Position numbers and translations under genes: made by a program. A stretch of DNA of 9,697 nt from Candidatus Electronema aureum (GTDB lineage Bacteria; Desulfobacterota; Desulfobulbia; Desulfobulbales; Desulfobulbaceae), in contig NQJD01000059.1 of NCBI GenBank assembly GCA_004284765.1, forward strand, positions 1 to 9,697, read 5' to 3'. The notes below the pieces were generated by a model that had not been told where the DNA came from, searched no databases, and was given only the letters and a program-made list of their open reading frames with translations. Shown here piece after piece: positions 1 to 7,235 of the stretch (positions within the stretch are counted from its first letter, which is position 1; every line of letters begins with the position of its first letter).

Positions 1-91
1 TCAACAATGCTGAAAGACCGGTCGCCGTCGTTTGACCGAAGGAACTAATGAGATACTCGCTGTATAAATCAAGCAGGTTCTTTTTTGTCAT
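1..91 (-). CDS. Partial transposase N-terminus (IS4/IS701-like DDE type); the gene continues off the left edge
   Basis: Hand translation from the ATG at 91 (minus) gives MTKKNLLDLYSEYLISSFGQTTATGLSALL..., too short for the ORF track. From memory, the YxxYLISSFGxTTATGLS pattern matches N-termini of IS4/IS701-type transposases. Local GC is much higher than in the abutting AT-rich integrase gene. Confidence 0.45.
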   Translation of the reverse strand, partial: MTKKNLLDLYSEYLISSFGQTTATGLSALL

Positions 92-128
92 GCAGGTATC
101 TTACGCCATCTGGGTGCGTAAGGTGAGT
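1..128 (-). mobile_element. Probable end of an insertion sequence that interrupts the integrase gene (boundary about 125-131)
   Basis: Composition shifts abruptly at about 128. The integrase reading frame changes there from family-like sequence (…TGARINEISQLRVCDFKKEKDIYYI) to unrelated residues and stops at 69. A transposase-like start codon lies at 91, and a small inverted repeat CTTACGC (100-106) / GCGTAAG (116-122) sits near the end. Confidence 0.4.
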
Positions 129-1394
129 TATATAATAAATATCCTTTTCTTTTTTGAAGTCGCAAACTCTTAACTGAGATATTTCATTTATTCTTGCTCC
201 AGTATATAAAGCAATAATTGGCAACCAGTATCTCGAATATTCATTCTTGTAGCAAATTTTTTCAGTAAACATTTTTTCAGAGAAAATTACTTTCAGTTCA
301 TCTCTTGAAAAAACTCTACGTTTTACAATAAGTTCCTTTGATTTTATTTCTCGCCCAGCCAGCCAATTTTTCTCCAGTTTTCCTGTCGCAATTGCATGAT
401 CTAAAAAATTGTTCATTTTTATGATATATTTTCCATTCAATGTATTGGCAGAAGTTGTGTCCATTAAGTTCTTCTTTATTGTTTCGTCAAGTCCAATAAT
501 ATTTTCACCATTCTTCAGTTTCTTCGCATATTCCAAAACTTGTCCCATTGTCATTTTGCCAGTGAATCTCTTAGAAAATTGAGTCGGCAAGTAGCGAAGA
601 TTAAGAAAGAATTTATCAATAAAGTCGTTATCAAGCTGGGAAAATTCAATCTCTTCAAGAGGCATTCCGGCAGTGACAGACAATATTTCAAATAGACTTT
701 TATATACTCCGCTGTAATTTCTAATGGATGAAGCAGACCATCCATTAACATTTTCTTCCCAATAACGTTTAAAAACTTCTTCTACATAGTAGATTTTATT
801 TTTTTCTTTATTATCAACTTGATTTTGTACATTTTGATACTGACAGGAATATATATCAGGATTTTTTCTAAAAAATTCTTTATTGTAATCATGTCTCTTT
901 AATGAATCTGCAACTGTATAGCAAAGAAGATTGAATTCATCAGAATCTTTTTCAATCTCAATCTCTTTCCATTTTGCAATTCTTTCAGCTAACGATGAAA
1001 TATCATTAATATTCTTCCAGTTAATTGTTGTATCATCAATGGAAAGAAAACTTTCATACTCTGGCGGGATAAATTTCAATGAATCATAACTATCATTATA
1101 AGTTGGGCCATAATCATTAACAGACTTTACAAACTTTTGGAATATAATCTCAAATGCTTCATTAACCGCATCTCTTATCTGTTTCCATGTAACAGAATGT
1201 TTTCTCATAGCCTTATTGAATATTTGATCGAATGCTATTTTAAGTTCTCTTGATAAAACGAGCGCATCTTTCCTTTTGCTGACTCTGAGACTTTTCAAAA
1301 ATTCATATTTATTGAATCTGTTTCGTGCAGATTGAGGAAGGCTTTGACGAAAATAATAAGTGTCATGTTTTCTGGTAATGAAAGCAGCGGCCAT
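69..1394 (-). pseudogene. Tyrosine recombinase / phage-type integrase, C-terminally truncated and lacking most of the catalytic domain
   Basis: The N-terminus FITRKHDTYYFRQSLPQSARNRF..FLKSLRVSKRKDAL looks like a DUF6538-type arm-binding domain. A central SAM-like core-binding region follows, and the first catalytic Arg box is WLPIIALYTGARINEISQLRVCDF. The ORF ends about 30 codons later, with no K / HxxR / Y catalytic residues. GC is about 30% against a much higher host value, and the gene lies beside the tRNA 3' end. Confidence 0.8.
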
Positions 1395-1437
1395 TTTGTA
1401 CCATCCAACTGTACTTTGGCCCTGCTGAAATACAGAA

Positions 1438-1475
1438 GGGCCTGTTGATATTTCCGTAGCAATATCAACAGGCCC
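1438..1475 (-). terminator. Stem-loop downstream of tRNA-Pro (candidate tRNA terminator)
   Basis: Perfect inverted repeat GGGCCTGTTGATAT(T) / (A)ATATCAACAGGCCC with 14-15 bp arms and an 8-10 nt loop. T-rich sequence flanks it on both strands (CTTCTGTATTT on minus, TATATTTTC on plus). Confidence 0.45.
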
Positions 1476-1493
1476 TATATTTTCAAATAAAAA

Positions 1494-1570
1494 TGGTCGG
1501 GAAGAGAGGATTCGAACCTCCGGCCCCAGCGTCCCGAACGCTGTGCTCTACCAGACTGAGCCACTTCCCG
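1494..1570 (-). tRNA. tRNA-Pro, anticodon CGG
   Basis: The reverse complement is CGGGAAGTGGCTCAGTCTGGTAGAGCACAGCGTTCGGGACGCTGGGGCCGGAGGTTCGAATCCTCTCTTCCCGACCA. It has a 7-bp acceptor stem (CGGGAAG/CTTCCCG), a D arm GCTC..GAGC, an anticodon stem CAGCG/CGCTG with loop TTCGGGA, a T arm GGAGG-TTCGAAT-CCTCT and an encoded CCA. Confidence 0.95.
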
Positions 1571-1609
1571 CCTTCTTTTTTATAAGCCGCCCCAGAAGGG
1601 ACGGCATTT

Positions 1610-1638
1610 TATATACTATGCTCTGCCTGTTTTGGCAA
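1610..1638 (-). promoter_or_regulatory. Candidate sigma70-type promoter for tRNA-Pro
   Basis: Minus strand reads TTGCCA (1633-1638), 17 nt, TATATA (1610-1615), about 35-40 nt upstream of the mature tRNA 5' end. Confidence 0.4.
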
Positions 1639-1689
1639 GAATAAATTTGCTGAAATTTAAAAGCTGAACAGCCCAGTATTCTGCAACAA

Positions 1690-1974
1690 TCAGCTAGCGA
1701 CGACGTTAACAGCTTCAGCCAGTTTACTGCCTGCCTTGAACTTGGCCGAAATTTTGGCCGGAATTTCAATAGGCTCGCCAGTACGGGGATTTTTAGTCTG
1801 GCGAGCAGCACGATTTACGGCAGAAAAAGTACCAAAACCAACCAATGTCACCTTGTCGCCTTTGGCCAAGGCTTCTGTGATGCCCATCAGTGCGCTGTTT
1901 AAGGCTTTTTCTGCTGCTGCTCTGCTGATGTCAGCTGCTTCCGCCATTGAGTCAACCAATTCTTTTTTGTTCAC
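1690..1974 (-). CDS. hup: HU-family nucleoid-associated DNA-binding protein
   Basis: Translation (V→M)NKKELVDSMAEAADISRAAAEKALNSALMGITEALAKGDKVTLVGFGTFSAVNRAARQTKNPRTGEPIEIPAKISAKFKAGSKLAEAVN is a canonical 94-aa HU/IHF fold, including the RNPRTGE arm. I chose the GTG start at 1974 because it is preceded by GAGAGGA-N6. The 129-aa ORF-track version adds a non-homologous leader. Confidence 0.9.
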   Translation of the reverse strand: MNKKELVDSMAEAADISRAAAEKALNSALMGITEALAKGDKVTLVGFGTFSAVNRAARQTKNPRTGEPIEIPAKISAKFKAGSKLAEAVNVVAS

Positions 1975-2050
1975 GCTCTGTCCTCTCTTTTTTTTTGACG
2001 TATCTGCTGTCCATAGCAGACAAAAAACAGCCGGTTTCGCAACAGGAGGC

Positions 2051-2079
2051 ATTAAACAGGATAAAATTCCTTCTGTCAA
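2051..2079 (-). promoter_or_regulatory. Candidate promoter for hup
   Basis: Minus strand reads TTGACA (2074-2079), 17 nt, TTTAAT (2051-2056). The -35 box overlaps the larE-like stop codon. Confidence 0.45.
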
Positions 2080-2873
2080 CGCCCATCAAGGTCAAGAAAT
2101 ATCTTTCCGATGCCTCTGCTCTTCAGCAGACCGCGCAGTTTCCGCAACATTGCCAGCGCAGACTGCCGCCCGATGTCCTTTTCCGCCAGCTGAATGCAGA
2201 CCGTTTTCTCATCAAGCAGCGGCACTCGGCAACCAAAGAAACCTGCCTCAGCAAGCACTTGCTCCATCGTCGCGACCAGCACCAGCCGCTCTGCCGTGAC
2301 GGCCAAGCCAGCAGGAATGCGTGTTGCCAAACAGGAGCCAGAAGGCTGATCCCACGTATCTAAATTCAGCCTACGGCTCAGTTCCCGCACGTCCGCCTTG
2401 CTGAGGCCGCAGTCAGCCAGCGGCGTTTGCACAGACAACTCAGCAACTGCCCGCAGGCCGGGTCGCCCTGCTTCGCCCTGCTGGAGGTCGTCCGTATTGG
2501 TGCCGTCGAGCAGCATCTCAATACCTTCGTTCGCCAGCAGCTCCAGAAAGCGGCTGTAAACGCGCCGTTTGCAGCAATAACAGCGTTCCGGCGGATTGGC
2601 GGCAAAATCTGGCCAGTCTAAGGGCTGTATCTTGACTAATCGCAGTTGCACCAGACAATTATGCCGCTGCGGCCACGACATTGTCCGTTCCTGCTCTTCT
2701 CTTTTCTGAAGGCAGGAGCGGGCGTGGAGTGCCAGCACGTTCTCCGTGCCCAAGGCATCCACAGCGGCCCGCAGCAGGAGCGAGGAATCCGCGCCGCCGG
2801 AAAAAGCTACGCCGACGCGGCCATATCCTTGCAGCCGCCTGCGGAGCAGCTCCGCTTTGCCGTCGAGCTGCAT
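2076..2873 (-). CDS. larE: LarE-family PP-loop ATP pyrophosphatase / sulfur transferase (TIGR00268-like), Cys-rich variant
   Basis: PP-loop VAFSGGADSS is present. ERCYCCKRRVYSRF, LLDGTNTDD..RPGL, SKADVRELSRRLNL..WDQPSGSCLATRIP and the C-terminal IFLDLDG all align with LarE as I recall it. Its start lies 9 nt downstream of the COG1900 gene stop. Confidence 0.8.
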   Translation of the reverse strand: MQLDGKAELLRRRLQGYGRVGVAFSGGADSSLLLRAAVDALGTENVLALHARSCLQKREEQERTMSWPQRHNCLVQLRLVKIQPLDWPDFAANPPERCYCCKRRVYSRFLELLANEGIEMLLDGTNTDDLQQGEAGRPGLRAVAELSVQTPLADCGLSKADVRELSRRLNLDTWDQPSGSCLATRIPAGLAVTAERLVLVATMEQVLAEAGFFGCRVPLLDEKTVCIQLAEKDIGRQSALAMLRKLRGLLKSRGIGKIFLDLDGR

Positions 2874-2882
2874 GGCCTACTG

Positions 2883-4103
2883 TTACTCCTGCGGCTCCGG
2901 CTTGTCAAAGGAAAAATCCGCCGAAGGGAAATAATCCACCGGTTCGCCGAGATGGAATTTGCCCTGCTGTATCCATTCTTTTAAGGTCTCAGCGATTTTC
3001 CGCGCCTTGGACAGCGAGGAGAGCGGCGCAGTCGGCACCTTTTTGCCTGCCACCTCGATTTCCTCACTTCTGAGCTGGGCGTAGCTGACTTTGCCGTAAT
3101 TGCGGGCAACACCGTTGGTGTAGTCGTAGCCGTAATCAACAATGTGGGTGAAGATTTCCTCATCCGAAACCCCGGTGAACTGGGCCATTTCCTCGTTGAG
3201 GATCGGAATCGGCACACCCAGCCCGACAGCCAGCGAGCAGCCATAGCCTTGCAGGCTGACTCCGCGCAGCCATTCCGGCGACATCTTTTTCAGATCACCT
3301 TGCACCATCATCGTGCCAGCGGGCCGAATGGGAACGCCATTTTCGCCACGCGGGGCCGCCGGATTATGCTGCGTGCCTTGGAAGGTGACATAGCCAACGC
3401 CGCCGCCGAGGAATATGCGAGTGCCAATGCCAATTGTCCGATACAGTGGGTCATTGAGAAGCGGACTGATCTGGCCCGCGCTGCAATAGTTGGCATTACG
3501 GCAGTTGGGCTTGAGCGTACCCATGTAGGTATAAACAATGCGGTCGGAGAGATTAACCGCGCAGTTGTAGTTCTGATACCCGTTGCGCGGATTGCAAAGC
3601 AGGGCGTAGGGCAGATCAGCCAAGGTGACTTCCTTGTGCATCTTGGTGTTGGCGTAGCAGTCGGTCGGGTAGGCTTTCACCTCCAGCAGCACTTTTTTGC
3701 CTGCCACCAAGTCTTCAATGACATGGCCGCCGCCGTAGCGGAATTCACCCGGATAGACCTGATTGAGCGGGTCGTTCTCGGTCGGTTCGGTCGCGCCGAT
3801 GTAGGCATCCACTGCCGCCAAGCCCGCGTATGCCGCCACCTTGTTGACCCACACTTTCTGGCCCTTGATGGTGGGATTGCTCTGGCCGAAATTGAAGAAC
3901 ATGCCGGACGAACACATTACCGAGAACGTGCCGGTGGTGACGACATCGACCCGGCGGGCCGCCTCAACCGGGCCTTCCTGCCGAACGATGTCCACCATCT
4001 CGTCCGCCGTGACCACCACCGCTTCGCCCGCCTTGATCCGGGCGTTGATTTCTGCATAGGTCTTGTTGACTTGGAACGTCTTGCCCTGTTTCTGCTCGCT
4101 CAT
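2883..4103 (-). CDS. Homocysteine biosynthesis protein, COG1900/DUF39 family (L-aspartate-semialdehyde sulfurtransferase-like)
   Basis: 406-aa protein whose N-terminus reads KTYAEINARIKAGEAVVVTADEMVDIV…VDVVTTGTFSVMCSSG, followed by YGGGHVIEDLVAGK and other segments typical of DUF39. RBS GGGAG lies 6 nt before the ATG at 4103. No CBS or NIL-ferredoxin domain is fused. Confidence 0.8.
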   Translation of the reverse strand: MSEQKQGKTFQVNKTYAEINARIKAGEAVVVTADEMVDIVRQEGPVEAARRVDVVTTGTFSVMCSSGMFFNFGQSNPTIKGQKVWVNKVAAYAGLAAVDAYIGATEPTENDPLNQVYPGEFRYGGGHVIEDLVAGKKVLLEVKAYPTDCYANTKMHKEVTLADLPYALLCNPRNGYQNYNCAVNLSDRIVYTYMGTLKPNCRNANYCSAGQISPLLNDPLYRTIGIGTRIFLGGGVGYVTFQGTQHNPAAPRGENGVPIRPAGTMMVQGDLKKMSPEWLRGVSLQGYGCSLAVGLGVPIPILNEEMAQFTGVSDEEIFTHIVDYGYDYTNGVARNYGKVSYAQLRSEEIEVAGKKVPTAPLSSLSKARKIAETLKEWIQQGKFHLGEPVDYFPSADFSFDKPEPQE

Positions 4104-4153
4104 GTTTTGCTCCCTGCCCGCTTTTTTTCAGTTTTTTTGTTGCAAGTGTCGCC

Positions 4154-4187
4154 AGATGTTTTAGCATATCAAAAACATCTCACTATA
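4154..4187 (-). promoter_or_regulatory. Candidate -10 box plus operator-like palindrome upstream of the COG1900 gene
   Basis: Minus strand has TATAGT (4182-4187) immediately followed by the perfect inverted repeat AGATGTTTT-N9-AAAACATCT (4154-4180), about 50 nt upstream of the RBS. Confidence 0.3.
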
Positions 4188-4325
4188 CCTGAACCCTGCG
4201 CGGCTCGCCAGCCGTTTTCCCAGGGCGGGGGATTTTTTGCCGACGAAGTGAACATGCGGAAGAATGTGCGGGCAAAGGAAATGTTGGGGTTCTGTGTGAC
4301 TTTTTTTCAGCAAAAGGAGTGATTC

Positions 4326-4703
4326 ATGGACTGGGCCGGAGTGATCAGTAATCCGTTTCTGCAAAATCTTCCGTTCAAGATTGAGCTGAATAAGTGGGGC
4401 AAGATTTTGATGAGTCCTGCCAGCAACAGCCACGGTCATATTCAGTTTGAGATTGGCGCAAAAATCAAGGATGGCAAGAAAGGGCGCGGCAAAGTGATTA
4501 TGGAATGCTCTATTCAAACATCTCAGGGGGTAAAGGTTGCTGATGTCGCGTGGGCCTCGGATGATTTCTTTGCCCGCTACGGCTATGAAACCCCATACAA
4601 ACGCGCCCCAAAAATCTGTGTTGAAATCATGTTGCCGTCGAATTCATCAGGCGAGATGGACGAGAAGATTGAGCTACCTAATGTGCAATTCTTTTTTGGA
4701 TAG
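4326..4703 (+). CDS. Uma2/DUF820-like PD-(D/E)xK putative endonuclease, probably 3'-truncated
   Basis: Good RBS (AAAGGAGTGATTC-ATG). Motifs ILMSPASNSHGHIQ, VKVADVAW and ICVEIMLPSNSSGEMDEKIEL match the Uma2 pattern (MSP..xxH, PDV, EV.SPSN....K). The expected C-terminal Y..GxxEYW strands are replaced by PNVQFFFG* at about 4675-4703. Confidence 0.55.
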   Translation: MDWAGVISNPFLQNLPFKIELNKWGKILMSPASNSHGHIQFEIGAKIKDGKKGRGKVIMECSIQTSQGVKVADVAWASDDFFARYGYETPYKRAPKICVEIMLPSNSSGEMDEKIELPNVQFFFG

Positions 4704-5040
4704 TGTGTCGCTGAAGACAGTCTTACTGCGATTTTAATTTGATTGTGATCCCAACTTGAGCATCTCGCCGTCTGCACATAATCAGGAAGTTTGCCGGGAA
4801 ACAGTAGGCTCTCATTTGCTGAAATGTTTTAAAGCAAACCCATTGCGCATACGATCTCTGGTGTTTTCAATATCGGCTTTTCAGTACAATTCCTGTATTT
4901 TCAAGAGGCTATTTCGTGTAACTTGTAAGCTAAAAAGAGTTGCACATTAGGTAGCCAATTATTGTTTTCTTCATGAAAGAACGTCAGTCAGGAATAAGGA
5001 ACTAACCCCCGACACACAGAATATTGGACTGTTGCAAAGT

Positions 5041-5105
5041 CCGCATACTCCAGCCAGCCGCCTGCGGCCACCAGCTCCTTGTTAAAGGCGTTCATCGCGA
5101 ATGCC
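5041..5105 (-). pseudogene. leuD: Orphan fragment of a leuD 3' end (about 20 codons)
   Basis: The minus-strand translation AMNAFNKELVAAGGWLEYAD parallels the LeuD C-terminus SMNAFDKELVAAGGWLAYAD. Hand alignment of 5041-5095 against 7617-7671 gives 49/55 identical nt. There is no upstream leuD body, and the frame runs on into unrelated sequence. Confidence 0.65.
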
Positions 5106-5195
5106 GTTCCCCTTTTCCCTCTTGTTCTGTCAAAGTGCGCAGGGTACCATAGTGCCTTCTGTTCTTGCACTATAAATCCAGAAGAGGGAGCAGCC

Positions 5196-7223
5196 ATGAG
5201 CCAATTCAACAGCAAGGGCGGTGATCAGAACATTGCCCAAGGTGATCATGCCATCGGCCAAGAGAACAACAGCGGCTGCGTCAAGCAGAGTGTCACCGGC
5301 GACGGCAACGTCTTCTCAGGCAGCGGAAATGTTCACGTTGAGCATCATCACCATCCCGCTGCGCCTCCTCCCATCCCCCACCAACCCCCTTCCCTCGACA
5401 CCTGCTTTCTTGGCCGCGACAAGCAGCTTGCCGAGCTACTGACTCTGCTACATCCGGGCAAGGTCGTTGCGGTATGCGGGCCGGGCGGCATGGGCAAGAG
5501 CGCGTTGGCGGCGCAGGCAGTGCATCAGCTGGAGCCAGCCCGTTTCCCGGACGGCATCATTTTCCACAGCTTTTACAGTCATCCCAGAATAGAACAAGCC
5601 CTGCAACGCATTGCCAAGGCGTTCGGCATTGAGGCAAAGCCCAGCCTTGAGATTGCCGTGGCAGATGCCCTCGCAGGCAGGAAGGCGTTGCTCATTCTCG
5701 ATGGTGCGGAGGAGGCTGATGACCTGCCAGCTCTGCTCAAGCTGCGCGGCACGTGTGGAGTGCTGATCACCAGCAGGAAGCGGAGCGACGCGCAGGGTGC
5801 GCGGCTTGATCTGAAGCCGCTGGAGGAGCAGGACGCAGCAGCGGTCTTCCGGGAATACAGCGGCGTTGCGGCGGATGATGCCAGCGTGCAGGGCATCTGC
5901 AAGATATTGGGCGGCTGGCCGGTTGGCTTGCGGATTGCGGGCCGCTATTGCAGCAGCACAGGCGAGAGCGCGGCGGACTATTTGCGCTTTCTGAGCAAGG
6001 TGCCATTCAGAAGGCTGGCCAGCGGCGAGCATCAGGAAGAGAATGCCGCTTTGCTCCTGCGGCGCAACGTGGAAAAGGTGAGCGCGGATGCCCGCCTTAC
6101 GCTGGGGCTGGCAGGCTGCCTGGCCTTTGCGCCGATAGCCCGTGAGCCGGTCATGGCTGTTCTCGATGATGATGAACTGCGCAGTGCTGATGCCTTGGGC
6201 GAGCTGGTCAATTATGGCCTGCTGGAGACGAGCGAGGAACGCTGGCAGGTAAGCCACAAGCTGGTGCATACTTACGCCCACAGTGAGCTGGCGATGAGCA
6301 AGGAAGAGCTGGAGCGGCTGGCTGCTTATTATATTTCCTTCTGCGAGGCTGCGAATGCGGAAGGAGTGGAAGGCTACGCCCGCCTTGATGCAGAACGAGC
6401 GCACTGCCTGCGGCTCATTGAGACTTGCCTTGCCAGCGAGCTGTGGCAGGATGTGAAACTGCTGGTGGGGTTAACCTACACCTATCTTGACCGGCAGGGC
6501 TGGTGGACAGAGCTGTTGACTTCCGTAGGGATGAGCCTGACTGCGGCCCGACAGATACGTAACCACCGGGATGAAGGCTGGTGCCTGTGTGTCCTTGGGT
6601 ATACCTACTGGCGGCGCGGGGAGTATGACAAAGCATTAATATGGTTTGGGCAAAGCCTAATGGTATGGCGTGAGCTGGATGATCGGCATGAGGAAGGCAC
6701 ACTCTTGCTTAACATCGCTACAATTTACAGCGATCAGGGCAATCATGAGCTGGCCTTGCAGACCTATCAGCAAAGCCTCAGCATACAGAGGGAGATTGGC
6801 GACCGGGAGGGCGAAGGCACGACCCTGAATAATATCGGCGTGCTTTATCATGACCAAGGCGACAATGAGCAAGCCTTGTCCTATTTTGAGCAGTGCCTGC
6901 CTATCAGGCAGGAGGCCGGGGATAAGATTGGAGCAGGACAATCCCTGAACAACATTGCTGCCATCTACAATGTGCAGGGTGATTATGCCAAGGCGGTGGG
7001 GTATTACGAACAAGACTTGGCGATATGCCAGCAGCTTGGCAACAGGGCCGGAGAACTGGTGACGCGCTGGAACATCGGCCTCACCTATAAAGACCTCGGC
7101 AACCTTGCCAAGGCAGAGGAATACATCAGCCTTGCTGTGCAGATCGCAGAGAAGATCGGCCATCCTGATCTGGAGCAATGGCGCGAGGAATTGGCACAGG
7201 TGCAGGCAGCGCGGCAGGGATAG
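5196..7223 (+). CDS. STAND NTPase of the NB-ARC (AP-ATPase) type with C-terminal TPR sensor array (NLR-like) and no recognisable enzymatic effector domain
   Basis: Start ATG at 5196 is preceded by GAAGAGGGAG-N5. Walker A is GPGGMGKS (5478-5501) and Walker B is ALLILDGAEE. VLITSRKRS is RNBS-B-like, GGWPVGLRIAG is GLPL-like and HKLVHTYA is MHD-like. Five 40-residue TPR_12-type repeats follow (…LNNIGVLYHDQGDNEQALSYFEQCL…). The N-terminal 66 aa are low-complexity G/N/Q/D-rich, then HHHH, then PAAPPPIPHQPP. Confidence 0.9.
   Translation: MSQFNSKGGDQNIAQGDHAIGQENNSGCVKQSVTGDGNVFSGSGNVHVEHHHHPAAPPPIPHQPPSLDTCFLGRDKQLAELLTLLHPGKVVAVCGPGGMGKSALAAQAVHQLEPARFPDGIIFHSFYSHPRIEQALQRIAKAFGIEAKPSLEIAVADALAGRKALLILDGAEEADDLPALLKLRGTCGVLITSRKRSDAQGARLDLKPLEEQDAAAVFREYSGVAADDASVQGICKILGGWPVGLRIAGRYCSSTGESAADYLRFLSKVPFRRLASGEHQEENAALLLRRNVEKVSADARLTLGLAGCLAFAPIAREPVMAVLDDDELRSADALGELVNYGLLETSEERWQVSHKLVHTYAHSELAMSKEELERLAAYYISFCEAANAEGVEGYARLDAERAHCLRLIETCLASELWQDVKLLVGLTYTYLDRQGWWTELLTSVGMSLTAARQIRNHRDEGWCLCVLGYTYWRRGEYDKALIWFGQSLMVWRELDDRHEEGTLLLNIATIYSDQGNHELALQTYQQSLSIQREIGDREGEGTTLNNIGVLYHDQGDNEQALSYFEQCLPIRQEAGDKIGAGQSLNNIAAIYNVQGDYAKAVGYYEQDLAICQQLGNRAGELVTRWNIGLTYKDLGNLAKAEEYISLAVQIAEKIGHPDLEQWREELAQVQAARQG
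7191..7218 (+). repeat. Left copy of an imperfect ~28-bp direct repeat flanking the 23-bp array (forms the last codons of the STAND gene)
   Basis: TTGGCACAGGTGCAGGCAGCGCGGCAGG compared with TTGCACTCTGGTGCGGGCAGCGCGGCAAG at 7397-7425. The core 7199-7218 matches 7406-7425 at 18/20 nt, offset exactly 207 bp. Confidence 0.8.
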
Positions 7224-7235
7224 TCCGCCCGCCGC

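Noticed and set aside
1975-2079. The N-terminal extension of the HU ORF (129-aa version).
   Set aside because: HU proteins are about 90-95 aa. The extension is non-homologous, overlaps the upstream gene's stop and the putative promoter, and a GTG with a good RBS sits exactly at the conserved N-terminus.
3144-4322. Long plus-strand ORF (392 aa) antisense to the COG1900 gene. Similar long antisense ORFs occur at 5448-6404 (318 aa), 7105-8040 (311 aa), 8606-9517 (303 aa), 1736-2299 and 2646-3073.
   Set aside because: These are typical shadow ORFs of GC-rich coding DNA. Their products are Arg/Ala/Pro/His-rich and low-complexity, with no start context or recognisable motifs. Each fully overlaps a gene with strong family signatures on the other strand.
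4104-4325. A SAM/SAH riboswitch in the COG1900 leader, and a possible plus-strand terminator at GGGCGGGGGATTTTTTG (~4222-4238).
   Set aside because: No conserved riboswitch core helices are recognisable. The stem preceding the T-run is only about 4 bp, and no plus-strand gene ends there.
5079-5195. The upstream ATG at 5079, which gives a 714-aa version of the STAND protein.
   Set aside because: It has no RBS, and the extra 39 residues are the antisense of the leuD relic plus spacer. The ATG at 5196 has a GAGGGAG Shine-Dalgarno at proper spacing.
4988-5215. The 75-aa minus-strand ORF as a real small gene.
   Set aside because: Only its central ~20 residues have meaning, as homology to the LeuD C-terminus, and the rest is unrelated read-through. 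It overlaps the STAND start region, so it is best treated as a gene relic.
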